Shown: positions 29,902-38,692 of the stretch, piece by piece
Layout of the letters: each line of letters begins with the position of its first letter
Position numbering within the stretch: position 1 is the stretch's first letter
NCBI GenBank assembly: GCA_964527425.1
Contig: CAZGOA010000007.1
Location: 1-53,527, forward strand
Direction of reading: 5' to 3'
DNA from: an uncultured Gammaproteobacteria bacterium
GTDB lineage: Bacteria > Patescibacteriota > Microgenomatia > UBA10105 > UBA927
Length of the DNA stretch: 53,527 nucleotides
Translations under genes and position numbers: made by a program
The notes under the pieces: model-generated
Seen by the model: only the letters and a program-made list of their open reading frames with translations
Database searches by the model: none
Told to the model about the DNA's origin: nothing

Positions 29902-30912
29902 GTGTTGAATAGTTTCTTCCAACTTATGGATGTAAAATCACCCGTATTATTTAAGAGAGACCCAAACAATCCCATACTTCTTCCTGATAAAACACATGAC
30001 TGGGAAGCACAAGGTGCATTTAATGGATCTCCCGTAGTTATAGGAGATTCTTTAACAGTATTATATAGAGCGTTATCTTTCCCTCAGTCATTTGAAGGAC
30101 ATGAGATGGAAGTATCGCGCATTGGGATGGCTACATTTAATAAAAAGGGGGGTGTTACTTCACGAACCATATGCATCGCACCTGAAGAACCGTGGGAACG
30201 ATATGGTTGTGAAGATCCTCGAGTAACATTTTTTGAGAATAATTATTATATCTGTTATACAGGTCTTTCGACATATCCGTTTAACCCAGCAGGTATAAAA
30301 ATTGCAATGGCAAAAACAGCAGATTTTGAATCGATAGAACGACATCTGGTAACACCTTTTAATGCAAAAGCAATGGCACTTTTCCCAGAGCGAATAAACG
30401 GAAAAGTTGCAGCACTATTAACTGTAGACTCAGATATTCCACCATCTTCAATCTGTGTGGCACTAGCAGACTCTATTTCAGATTTTTGGAATTATGACTA
30501 TTGGGATAGATGGTATACATATAAACAACGCAATACGCTACCACTCCTTCGATCTCTTGCTGATCACATAGAAGTAGGATGCCCACCGTTAAAAACAGAG
30601 GATGGATGGTTAATTATTTATTCGTATATTTCTGCATATTTAACGAATACGAAAGTATTTGCGGTAGAAGCCGTTTTGTTGGACAGTGATAATCCATTAA
30701 AAATAAAGGCACGACTCCCATATTCATTATTACATCCTGAAGCTCCGTATGAAAAAAAAGGAGTTATTGATAATATTGTGTTTCCGACAGGATTATTACT
30801 AAATGGAGATATACTTTCACTCTATTATGGAGGTGCAGATCGAGTCTGTGCTGTAGCAACCTGTTCACTCAACGATTTATTAACTGCACTTAAAAAACAT
30901 CCAGTCAAATGA
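29902..30912 (+). CDS. GH130-like glycosidase
   Basis: GAFNG, YGCEDPR, NAKAMALFPERING, NIVFPTG, YYGGAD. Confidence 0.85.
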   Translation: MLNSFFQLMDVKSPVLFKRDPNNPILLPDKTHDWEAQGAFNGSPVVIGDSLTVLYRALSFPQSFEGHEMEVSRIGMATFNKKGGVTSRTICIAPEEPWERYGCEDPRVTFFENNYYICYTGLSTYPFNPAGIKIAMAKTADFESIERHLVTPFNAKAMALFPERINGKVAALLTVDSDIPPSSICVALADSISDFWNYDYWDRWYTYKQRNTLPLLRSLADHIEVGCPPLKTEDGWLIIYSYISAYLTNTKVFAVEAVLLDSDNPLKIKARLPYSLLHPEAPYEKKGVIDNIVFPTGLLLNGDILSLYYGGADRVCAVATCSLNDLLTALKKHPVK

Positions 30913-31638
30913 TTAACTGAAAAAGAGCACACAAGGCTTTGCTGTGTACCAGAGGAAACTTGCAGGAACTTGATGCAGGGGTGGACGTGTAGCTTCTATA
31001 CTCCTCATTATTTGCTGTTTTTTAACCCCAGAAAAGCTGAGAATAAATTGATCAATTTGCTCCATACATTTAATCGTAACGGAAAACCGTTTTGGATACG
31101 GATTTTCACCATCAAGCTCAATGCCTACCACATCCTGATTTGTATCAACATAGGTGGTATAAAATAACGCTTCACTATTCGTATTTGGAAATATTCCTGC
31201 AACATGTCCATCCTGTCCCATTCCCATGAGTGCAAGAATTGTTCCATTCCTTTCTTTACAGGAGGCAATAGCTGTCTGCAATCGTTTACCATATAAAGAA
31301 GCCATTGCATATTGATCTTTTTCAGTGGGACTTGTATCGAGCCAGCTTATTCCAGTATTTATTGATTCTTGATAGAGTTCGGGATTGTAATTTGTTATCT
31401 GTAAGAAGTTACTATGTTCAGTGCTAAAGCGTTCATCAATTGGCGCAAGTACTATATCTTTATTGTTTGATTGCTTCACTCTTTGTGCTAAAAATATCGT
31501 AACAATATCTGCATTAGATCCACCTGAGTAAAACAGCAAAAGTGGGCGTGAAGCTGTATCAACGAGATGAGATAAATACTCAGCGCAGGCTGTATTATGA
31601 TCCTGTTTAGTTTTATATGATTTTTTTTCTGTAATCAT
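30913..31638 (-). CDS. 6-phosphogluconolactonase / glucosamine-6P deaminase-like protein
   Basis: YSGGS, IDERF, GMGQDGHVAGIFP. Confidence 0.75.
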   Translation of the reverse strand: MITEKKSYKTKQDHNTACAEYLSHLVDTASRPLLLFYSGGSNADIVTIFLAQRVKQSNNKDIVLAPIDERFSTEHSNFLQITNYNPELYQESINTGISWLDTSPTEKDQYAMASLYGKRLQTAIASCKERNGTILALMGMGQDGHVAGIFPNTNSEALFYTTYVDTNQDVVGIELDGENPYPKRFSVTIKCMEQIDQFILSFSGVKKQQIMRSIEATRPPLHQVPASFLWYTAKPCVLFFS

Positions 31639-31684
31639 CCGTGATACGATTATACCAGTTGTACTTTATATACTATACCTAAGC

Positions 31685-32488
31685 ATGAAACGCATAGTTA
31701 TTGCATTGTTCAGTTTCAGTATTCTCTTTTTTGGAACATTTCCTGCATATGCTTCATCTGAGACTGCATATGCAGATTATTTATTTCAATTTGATCAATA
31801 TAGGCAGAATTATACCGACTTTCAAATTGCGCGCAATGAATATTTAAAATTTAAGTCGCTCGCCTCAGAAACTGCAGCGATTGAAAAAACTCAAGAGATG
31901 ATGGCTTCGAGAGCTCAGTTATTGAGAGCCTATCTGTTATTACTGAATGAAAAACTCAAAGAAACAACCACTTTAAGTGAATCTGAAAGAGATTTTTATT
32001 TTGATAGTATCCAAACTGAAAATTCTTTCCTAGAAAATCATGCGGTATTTGTTAATTCTATTGATACGATAGATGATTTAGTAAAGGCATCTAAACAACT
32101 AGAGGATCGATATAAAGTACTACAGTCGACTATGAGGCAAACTGTTCTCATGCTCAATCTTGCACGTTTGCGTATTCTTTCTGATGAATATGTTTCTCGT
32201 TTACAGGATGCTAAAAATTTAGTTGATGAGGCAAAAAAAGAACTTAATTCTGAACAAACAGCAACGCTGGATAGATGGCTTCTACAGATAGGGAACAAAC
32301 GAACATTATATCTTCAAAAACAAGATCAAATTGTTCAGGGAATAACTGGATTAAAAGGGTCAAATACTCAACAGCTTGATAAACAATATCAAGAAACGAC
32401 AAAAAAACTCACAGAAGCACATCATGAATTAAAAGCTGGTACTGCGTTTATGGCTGAACTGGCTAATGCTATGAAATATCGAAATTAA
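31685..32488 (+). CDS. Secreted all-helical hypothetical protein
   Basis: Signal peptide (PAYA) followed by coiled coils. Confidence 0.7.
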   Translation: MKRIVIALFSFSILFFGTFPAYASSETAYADYLFQFDQYRQNYTDFQIARNEYLKFKSLASETAAIEKTQEMMASRAQLLRAYLLLLNEKLKETTTLSESERDFYFDSIQTENSFLENHAVFVNSIDTIDDLVKASKQLEDRYKVLQSTMRQTVLMLNLARLRILSDEYVSRLQDAKNLVDEAKKELNSEQTATLDRWLLQIGNKRTLYLQKQDQIVQGITGLKGSNTQQLDKQYQETTKKLTEAHHELKAGTAFMAELANAMKYRN

Positions 32489-32494
32489 TACTGT

Positions 32495-32896
32495 ATGGAA
32501 GAGCAACAACAATCACAACAGCCTCAAATTCCGGTTACACCACAGCCGAGCACCCCTGTATCTGAGGCTACACCATCGGTTACTAAAAAAATACCTGTTA
32601 CCTGGGAAAAAATAATCCCGCTTGTATTGGCATGTCTGGCAATATTAACGGGAATTGGTGTTTTTATGGCTATTCAAGGAATTAATAACCGCACTTTTGA
32701 ACCTAAACCAATAACTATTGTTGTCACACCTACACCTAGCCCAACGCCTATTAGAAATATAACAAATCTTTCTACATCAAGTGCATATACTGCATTTACT
32801 GATGCTGTTGCCTCTCTTAGTTCAAACATTCAAGAATTTGAAAAAGAAGATCCAAGTCTTTCTCCCCCGACACTGGTATTGCCTCTCGGCTTTTAA
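32495..32896 (+). CDS. Single-TM hypothetical protein with Pro/Thr-rich linker
   Basis: TM helix and TPTPSPTP linker. Confidence 0.65.
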   Translation: MEEQQQSQQPQIPVTPQPSTPVSEATPSVTKKIPVTWEKIIPLVLACLAILTGIGVFMAIQGINNRTFEPKPITIVVTPTPSPTPIRNITNLSTSSAYTAFTDAVASLSSNIQEFEKEDPSLSPPTLVLPLGF

Positions 32897-32929
32897 ATTT
32901 GACCTCAGTATGATACACTTTACAGCATT

Positions 32930-33787
32930 ATGATGAGCCATGCTGTACATCGCCGTGAAGACGGCACAATCGAACTAACTGTTACTGTCCCCTGGGCAGA
33001 TATTACGAAAGTATATGATCATGTGGTTGATCATGCTGTCGAACATGCAGAGCTTCCGGGATTTCGGAAAGGAAAAGCACCGAAAGCAATGGTTGAAGAA
33101 AAACTCGATAAGACAAAACTTTATGAGGATGTTATTCGTGAGTTATTACCAAATGTCTATAATGATGTTGTCACAAAAGAGAAGCTCAAACCGATTATTT
33201 CACCAAAAGTAGAACTCAAAGAAGCCAAAGAAGGTTCTGATTGGCAATTAGTTATTCATACCTGTGAAAAGCCGAAAGTAACACTTGGTGATTATAAAAA
33301 AGCTGTTAAAGAAGGAAAAACCGGAAGAAATAAAAAAATCTGGGTTCCTGGACAAGAAGATAAAAAGGAGCAAAAAGAAGATAAAGGTCCAGGACTTGAT
33401 GAAATATTATCCTGGGTGTTACCAACCGTAAACCTCACTATTCCGTCAATGCTCATTGAACAAGAAGTAAATCGCTTATTGTCTGGTCTGATTGACCAAA
33501 CGAAATCACTTGGATTAACAGTGGAGCAATATTTAAGTGCTACTGGTAAAAATTCCGATTCGATTAGAAAAGAATATGAAGATCAGTCTCGAAAAACAAT
33601 TTCATTAGAATTTGGTCTGGAGGAAATTGCAGACAAAGAGGGGATTATTATTGGAGATGATGATATCGAAACTGTCATTAAAACTGCAAAAACTGACGAA
33701 GAAAAAAAGTCTTTGGAGGGACAACGTTACTATATTGCTTCTGTACTTAGACGACAAAAAACGTTAGATTTCTTAAGTGCACTATAA
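32930..33787 (+). CDS. tig: Trigger factor lacking the FKBP PPIase domain
   Basis: ELPGFRKGKAP ribosome-binding signature directly followed by a SurA-like C-domain; only 285 aa. Confidence 0.85.
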   Translation: MMSHAVHRREDGTIELTVTVPWADITKVYDHVVDHAVEHAELPGFRKGKAPKAMVEEKLDKTKLYEDVIRELLPNVYNDVVTKEKLKPIISPKVELKEAKEGSDWQLVIHTCEKPKVTLGDYKKAVKEGKTGRNKKIWVPGQEDKKEQKEDKGPGLDEILSWVLPTVNLTIPSMLIEQEVNRLLSGLIDQTKSLGLTVEQYLSATGKNSDSIRKEYEDQSRKTISLEFGLEEIADKEGIIIGDDDIETVIKTAKTDEEKKSLEGQRYYIASVLRRQKTLDFLSAL

Positions 33788-33820
33788 CCAAATACATGGT
33801 ATTACTATTAAGTAAGATCT

Positions 33821-34447
33821 ATGAACTCACAGCAGCAACATCCCTTTCAGCCAAAACAACAGCAAAAGGCTGCTCCAAAACCTTTTGTTCCACATGATAA
33901 TGTTATTGAAACATTACGTGATGTTGGATCTGGTATTACTCAATCAGTAAGTTCTGATCTTATTTCTAAGACTGCAAGTACTGCTTTAGATTCATTATTT
34001 GGAAATCCTCCGCGAAGTGGTGAATATGGAAAAAATCCGTTTGAGTTTCCGTTTAGACAACAAAAAAAAGAAACACCAGAACAAACTAAAAATAGAGAAT
34101 TATTAAGTCCGCAAAATATCAGTAAAGAGCAGGCTCAAGTCAGACAACAAATTGAAGCTATACGACAAGAATTAGCAATGCTTGCAAAAGAACTTGGGAC
34201 GTTAAATCAAGAAGTACAAAAAGCAATTCATGAAGTTCCAGTTGATCCGGGCACCTACCACTTGAACTTTTTTGAACGTTTACGAGCAACTATTATATTG
34301 CTCCGCAAAAGTGTTAGAGATAGTAGTACGTGGCTTAACCTGTCAAATAGTAAGAAAAAACAAAAAGGATATTGGGGGATGTATAAAAAACATGGAACCA
34401 AATTTGGGCTTTCTTCTGACAGAACACCAGCAACTCAGACCGGTTAA
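33821..34447 (+). CDS. CPR-type hypothetical protein (DUF5660-like)
   Basis: PVDPGTYHLNFFERL, KKQKGYWGMYKKHGTKFGLS. Confidence 0.65.
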   Translation: MNSQQQHPFQPKQQQKAAPKPFVPHDNVIETLRDVGSGITQSVSSDLISKTASTALDSLFGNPPRSGEYGKNPFEFPFRQQKKETPEQTKNRELLSPQNISKEQAQVRQQIEAIRQELAMLAKELGTLNQEVQKAIHEVPVDPGTYHLNFFERLRATIILLRKSVRDSSTWLNLSNSKKKQKGYWGMYKKHGTKFGLSSDRTPATQTG

Positions 34448-34499
34448 TTCTATTATTTAACTATACCCAAGATCAAGATAATATAATACGTTTTAATTT

Positions 34500-34590
34500 C
34501 CTATTGATGCAAAATAGCAAGTATCCGTTAGCATAAACTTATAGTATTTCCGATCCCGGATCGGTAGCCTCAACCGATCCGGGAGCGGAA
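34500..34590 (+). repeat. Conserved intergenic motif plus long GC hairpin, copy 2
   Basis: TTCCG-a-TCCCGGATCGGT-agcctca-ACCGATCCGGGA-g-CGGAA (34548-34590); 17-nt identity with 25959-25975. Confidence 0.7.
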
Positions 34591-34631
34591 AATTCATGTA
34601 TTTTGACAAAGTGTATATATAATAGAGTTAT

Positions 34632-34704
34632 GGCCAGTTAGCTCAGTTGGTAGAGCGTTGCATTCACATTGCAAATGTCAGGGGTTCGAGTCCCTTACTG
34701 GCCA
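34632..34704 (+). tRNA. tRNA-Val(CAC)
   Basis: GGCCAGT...TTGCA-TTCACAT-TGCAA...GGTTCGAGTCC...ACTGGCCA. Confidence 0.95.
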
Positions 34705-34757
34705 CAAATCAGATATTTAATACTCTTAATCTAAATAAATCACTTTAGATTAATCAA

Positions 34758-35327
34758 ATGATAATGAAATTTAAAAGCTTATCAATAGTAGAGCAGACTT
34801 CTGATAAATTAGTTATTGAACACGATGAGCAAACTAAATCAGTAATATTTTTCATTCTTTTTGTAAGTATTGGATTGGTGTTGAGTATACTTTCATTTAT
34901 TCCATATAGAGAAATTGAACAAGGTATAGCGCTTATGAGCGTATTAACAACACTCGGCTTATTCGGATTATTATTTGCAAAAAAAACAATTTATACAGTA
35001 GATAAAACTTCTAATACAATTAAGATCTTCAAAAAAAGCATACTAAAAAATGATGAAGTAATAATTGACTTACATTTATTACAAACTATACAACTAGTTA
35101 CATTTATAATTAAAAGCTTACGTTACCCCAGAGGAATGCACGTATTAGGAGGATATGCAGTTTTTTTACAGTATAATCATAAACATATACTATTATTTCG
35201 GGAAAGTGATCTTAGCAATACTTTTTATATATGTAATGAATTGGGATATTTTCTTAAGAAACCAGTTGAAGAAATAGAAAAAATTGATTGGTTTATCAGC
35301 AGTAAATGGAATTATTTCTCTCCGTAG
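34758..35327 (+). CDS. Hypothetical two-TM protein, very AT-rich
   Basis: Two TM helices plus a beta-rich domain; lies right after tRNA-Val. Confidence 0.6.
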   Translation: MIMKFKSLSIVEQTSDKLVIEHDEQTKSVIFFILFVSIGLVLSILSFIPYREIEQGIALMSVLTTLGLFGLLFAKKTIYTVDKTSNTIKIFKKSILKNDEVIIDLHLLQTIQLVTFIIKSLRYPRGMHVLGGYAVFLQYNHKHILLFRESDLSNTFYICNELGYFLKKPVEEIEKIDWFISSKWNYFSP

Positions 35328-35413
35328 ATAATTAATTGTAGTACAAACTCAAAATGCATATGTTGTACCGCTCATTTGACACAAGCCTTTATACGGTGTA
35401 GATAGTAGATACT

Positions 35414-35992
35414 ATGAATCCCATTACCATTGCAATTGCGGGAGTATTATTTATTGTCGGTCTGGTTGTAGGAAGAACGACGACTGAAACAAATAGCGTA
35501 AACTCTACTGTAACTGAAGAAAGTACTGCTTCTGCATCCCCGATAGAGGAGTCTACTGCTTCTCCATCGAGTACTATAGCTATTAGTCCAATTAACCAGG
35601 AAACTCTGAAGCCAACAAGCGAACCTACTAATGCAGTATCTCAGCCTTTGACACAGTCATTCAATGATTTTGTATATCCTGGCTCGACAACAAATCAATC
35701 TTCACCTGATGCAATTACATTAACTTCGATTGATGATGTGCAAACTATTACCAATTGGTATGAACAAAAAATACAAAGTTTTGGATCGAAAGCTGCTGCT
35801 AAAACCAATTCTAATGGTAATGTGGAAAACAAGATAAGTGCTACAAAAAACGGAGAATCTATTTCTATTACGATACGTAAAACACCTTCATCTTCTGAGG
35901 TTACAATTGAGGTGAGTTTCAGTAAGAAAGATAGTAATGATAATAACGTGCGAATTGAAATTCATAATGAACAAAAAACGGTAGAAAGTTGA
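35414..35992 (+). CDS. Membrane-anchored protein with Ser/Thr linker and small alpha/beta domain
   Basis: N-terminal TM, S/T/P-rich stalk. Confidence 0.65.
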   Translation: MNPITIAIAGVLFIVGLVVGRTTTETNSVNSTVTEESTASASPIEESTASPSSTIAISPINQETLKPTSEPTNAVSQPLTQSFNDFVYPGSTTNQSSPDAITLTSIDDVQTITNWYEQKIQSFGSKAAAKTNSNGNVENKISATKNGESISITIRKTPSSSEVTIEVSFSKKDSNDNNVRIEIHNEQKTVES

Positions 35993-36003
35993 TTTTCCGT
36001 GTC

Positions 36004-36072
36004 TTGACACAGAGAATAAGTGATTGTACTATCCTTTCTATAATCGTCTGCCCCCGATAGCGGGGGTTTTTT
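36004..36072 (+). promoter_or_regulatory. Extended -10 promoter followed by a terminator-like hairpin
   Basis: TTGACA-N17(TG)-TACTAT (36004-36032); CCCCCG-atag-CGGGGG-T6 (36051-36072). Confidence 0.65.
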
Positions 36073-36086
36073 ATTGGAACAATACT

Positions 36087-36800
36087 ATGAGAAAAGCAAC
36101 GACTAAAACTGTAGCAGGACAAAAAACGTTTCAAACAAGAGATTTTTCTGCTATTAAAAATCACGTACTTTTTTTCTCACAACAACTTACACAAAAAATT
36201 AAACACGCATTTTCTTCACTATCACAAGATAGATATCAACAGAACAATCGAAAATTTAAAAAGATTATTCCACTTGCAATTCTTTTTATTGCAATTGGTG
36301 TTACTATTTTGATATCTGCAAGAGCACTACGTGCTTCTACTCAAACAACCTCACAAGATGCTCGTGTTCAAATAAAAGGTCCAAAAGCCTCAACGACAAT
36401 AAACAAAGAATTTTCATTCCCACTACTTGATGCCAAGGGCAAAGAAATAACCAGATTAACGTATCTAGTTGAATCTGCAGAACTTCGAGATGAAATTATT
36501 GTGAAAGGAACAAGAGCAACTGCTATTCAAGGAAGAACATTTCTTATAGTCAGTATAAAAATATCTAACAATTTTGACAAAGCACTGCAAATTAATGCAC
36601 GCGACTATATTCGATTAGCGGTAAATGGAGAGAATGAAGAACTTCTGGCTGCAGATATTCATAATGATCCTGTTCAAGTACAGCCTATTTCTGTGAAAAC
36701 TACCAGAATTGGATTCCCGATTAATGATACAGATAAAAATATCACACTTAAAGTCGGTGAAATCAAGGGAGATAAAGAAGATATAAATCTTAGTTTCTAA
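36087..36800 (+). CDS. Single-TM protein with an extracellular Ig-like (DUF4352-like) domain
   Basis: TM, then FLIVSIKISN...INARDYIRL...VQPISVKTTRIGFPI. Confidence 0.6.
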   Translation: MRKATTKTVAGQKTFQTRDFSAIKNHVLFFSQQLTQKIKHAFSSLSQDRYQQNNRKFKKIIPLAILFIAIGVTILISARALRASTQTTSQDARVQIKGPKASTTINKEFSFPLLDAKGKEITRLTYLVESAELRDEIIVKGTRATAIQGRTFLIVSIKISNNFDKALQINARDYIRLAVNGENEELLAADIHNDPVQVQPISVKTTRIGFPINDTDKNITLKVGEIKGDKEDINLSF

Positions 36801-36823
36801 TTGTAAGTCTAATAAATACGCGT

Positions 36824-37057
36824 ATGGCACACCAATCGCAACCACACATCGAAACCTACTCTACAAACTCAATCTCTGAAACGTTAGTTGATGAAATCAG
36901 ACAAGCTCTAAAAACAGTCAGTCCTTATGGAAGTGTTGAGATATATGTTCAAGACAGTGTTGTCACTCAAATAACTGTTCGTAACATAAAAAAAACGACA
37001 CAAGTTACCAAACAAAAACTAGAAAATAAAATAAATGGAGTCAGAATTGCATATTGA
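36824..37057 (+). CDS. DUF2292 (YezD-like) small protein
   Basis: EIRQALKTVSPYGSVEIYVQDSVVTQITVRNIKK. Confidence 0.75.
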   Translation: MAHQSQPHIETYSTNSISETLVDEIRQALKTVSPYGSVEIYVQDSVVTQITVRNIKKTTQVTKQKLENKINGVRIAY

Positions 37058-37175
37058 CACAAATTACTTATTGACAACAACATCAAAGTAACACAATAAT
37101 CAACAAAGATAGGCAAAATAGATTAAACTGATCTATACTAGATAAAATAACGTAAAAAACGAAGACCGACCGTAC

Positions 37176-37228
37176 ACGGAGGCTTCTTATCCTGAATTAG
37201 TTTCGGGATCGGAAGCCTCCGTTTTTTT
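37176..37228 (+). terminator. Strong intrinsic terminator in the leader of the repeat-protein gene
   Basis: ACGGAGGCTTC...GAAGCCTCCGT plus T-tract; inner stem ATCCTGA/TCGGGAT. Confidence 0.8.
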
Positions 37229-37337
37229 GTACATAACCAAGAAATTGGGCAGGAAGTACAAGTAAACGTGGGAGAAGTGAATATTTGTCTCGATGTAAAT
37301 CGAGAACATCACAATCGAAGGAGGTGAAACAAAAATT

Positions 37338-38531
37338 ATGACACAACAAATTAAAAAATTCGTGTCGGTCCTTGCCGCGGCATCATTGTTTGTTACCCAA
37401 GCACATGCAGCTACTATTTTAGTAACTGGAAATGGCTCAGAAAGTGACAATGACGTTAACTTTAATCAGTCAAGTTCAACCGCAGTCGTACAGACCAACG
37501 TTGCAACTGTAACAAATTCTGTTAACTCAAGTTCAACAACTGGAGGTAACGAAGCTAATGATAATACGGGCGGGGACGTCGTCATTTCTACAGGTGACGC
37601 AAAATCTACAACAAAAGTTGAAAACATGCTTAATCAAAATATGGCATCTATTGACTGCTGTGAAGAGGATGATGTTCACGTAGAAGTATCCGGTAATGGA
37701 TCAGACTCAGATAATGAAGTAAAACTTGATTTGGAAACAGGAAAAACCTTATTCCAGACCAATGTCGCATCAGTTGTTAACGCTGTTAACTCAGACGCAA
37801 AAACTGGCCGCAACGAAGCCAACCGTTCAACCGGTGGTGATGTCACCATCGTAACCGGTGATGCTACGGCAAAGAGCGACGTTTCAACTTCAGCAAATTC
37901 TAACCGAGCAATGGTTGGAGGAGGTCACCACAATGATGGAGGATCTCTCTCAGCATGGATTGTCGGAAACGGCTCAGACTCAGAAAATGACATCGATCTC
38001 GATGTTGTTAAAGGTCTTGCACTCGTTCAGGACAATTTAGCTTTAGTAGTAAATGCTGTTGATTCTGATGCTTACACTGGTAAAAACGAAGCTAACGATA
38101 ATACCGGAGGCGAAGTTGTTATCGGTACCGGAGACGCAAAAGCAGAAGCCATGGTTGAAAACATGGTTAACTTCAATGCTGCAAGTATTGACTGCGACTG
38201 CGTATTCGACACATCTGCAAAAATTTCCGGAAACGGATCTGACTCAGAAAACGAAATAGAAGCTGAAATCGAAGATGCACGTGAAGTGTTTCAAGATAGT
38301 TTAGCTACTCTCGCTAATGAAGTCGAAGCAGATGCCCGAACAGGCAAAAACGAAGCTGATTTCAACACTGGTAGTGTAGAAGGATCTGATCCTCGCATTA
38401 TCACTGGAGATGCTCATTCAACAACGGAAGTTGGTAACGCATCAAACATGAACGTGTTTGGTGGTGAATGGGATTTCCCAGAAGTTGAAGTTAACTTCAA
38501 CTGGGCTCACTTTATATCTTTCTGGATGTAA
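37338..38531 (+). CDS. Secreted repeat protein A: four ~90-aa GNG...TG.N.A..NTGG..TGDA repeats
   Basis: Signal peptide (QAHA), four aligned repeats, CC/CxC linkers, SD AGGAGGTGA. Confidence 0.85.
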   Translation: MTQQIKKFVSVLAAASLFVTQAHAATILVTGNGSESDNDVNFNQSSSTAVVQTNVATVTNSVNSSSTTGGNEANDNTGGDVVISTGDAKSTTKVENMLNQNMASIDCCEEDDVHVEVSGNGSDSDNEVKLDLETGKTLFQTNVASVVNAVNSDAKTGRNEANRSTGGDVTIVTGDATAKSDVSTSANSNRAMVGGGHHNDGGSLSAWIVGNGSDSENDIDLDVVKGLALVQDNLALVVNAVDSDAYTGKNEANDNTGGEVVIGTGDAKAEAMVENMVNFNAASIDCDCVFDTSAKISGNGSDSENEIEAEIEDAREVFQDSLATLANEVEADARTGKNEADFNTGSVEGSDPRIITGDAHSTTEVGNASNMNVFGGEWDFPEVEVNFNWAHFISFWM

Positions 38532-38538
38532 TTTGAGA

Positions 38539-38591
38539 GTTGGAACTGTCAGTGCTATGTGTTCACTTCCACATAGCACTTGACAGCCAAC
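38539..38591 (+). promoter_or_regulatory. Long intergenic stem-loop without U-tract (mRNA stabiliser or processing site)
   Basis: GTTGG-aa-CTGTCA-GTGCTATGTG-ttcacttc-CACATAGCAC-t-TGACAG-CCAAC. Confidence 0.65.
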
Positions 38592-38692
38592 ATAATTAAA
38601 CAGAACAAACTAAATAGCAGTATCTACATTCTAAACATATTTAGAGTGTGGAGGTTGGAATTTAGTATTAACTCAAGAGGAGATACATACTT

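Noticed and set aside
34705-35330. Integrated island at tRNA-Val
   Set aside because: Low GC, but no integrase and no duplicated tRNA 3' end seen downstream.
37110-37185. Firm call of a c-di-GMP-I or c-di-AMP riboswitch
   Set aside because: Only fragments (GGCAAA, CGGAGGC) resemble the consensus; core elements are missing. Kept as an unassigned leader.
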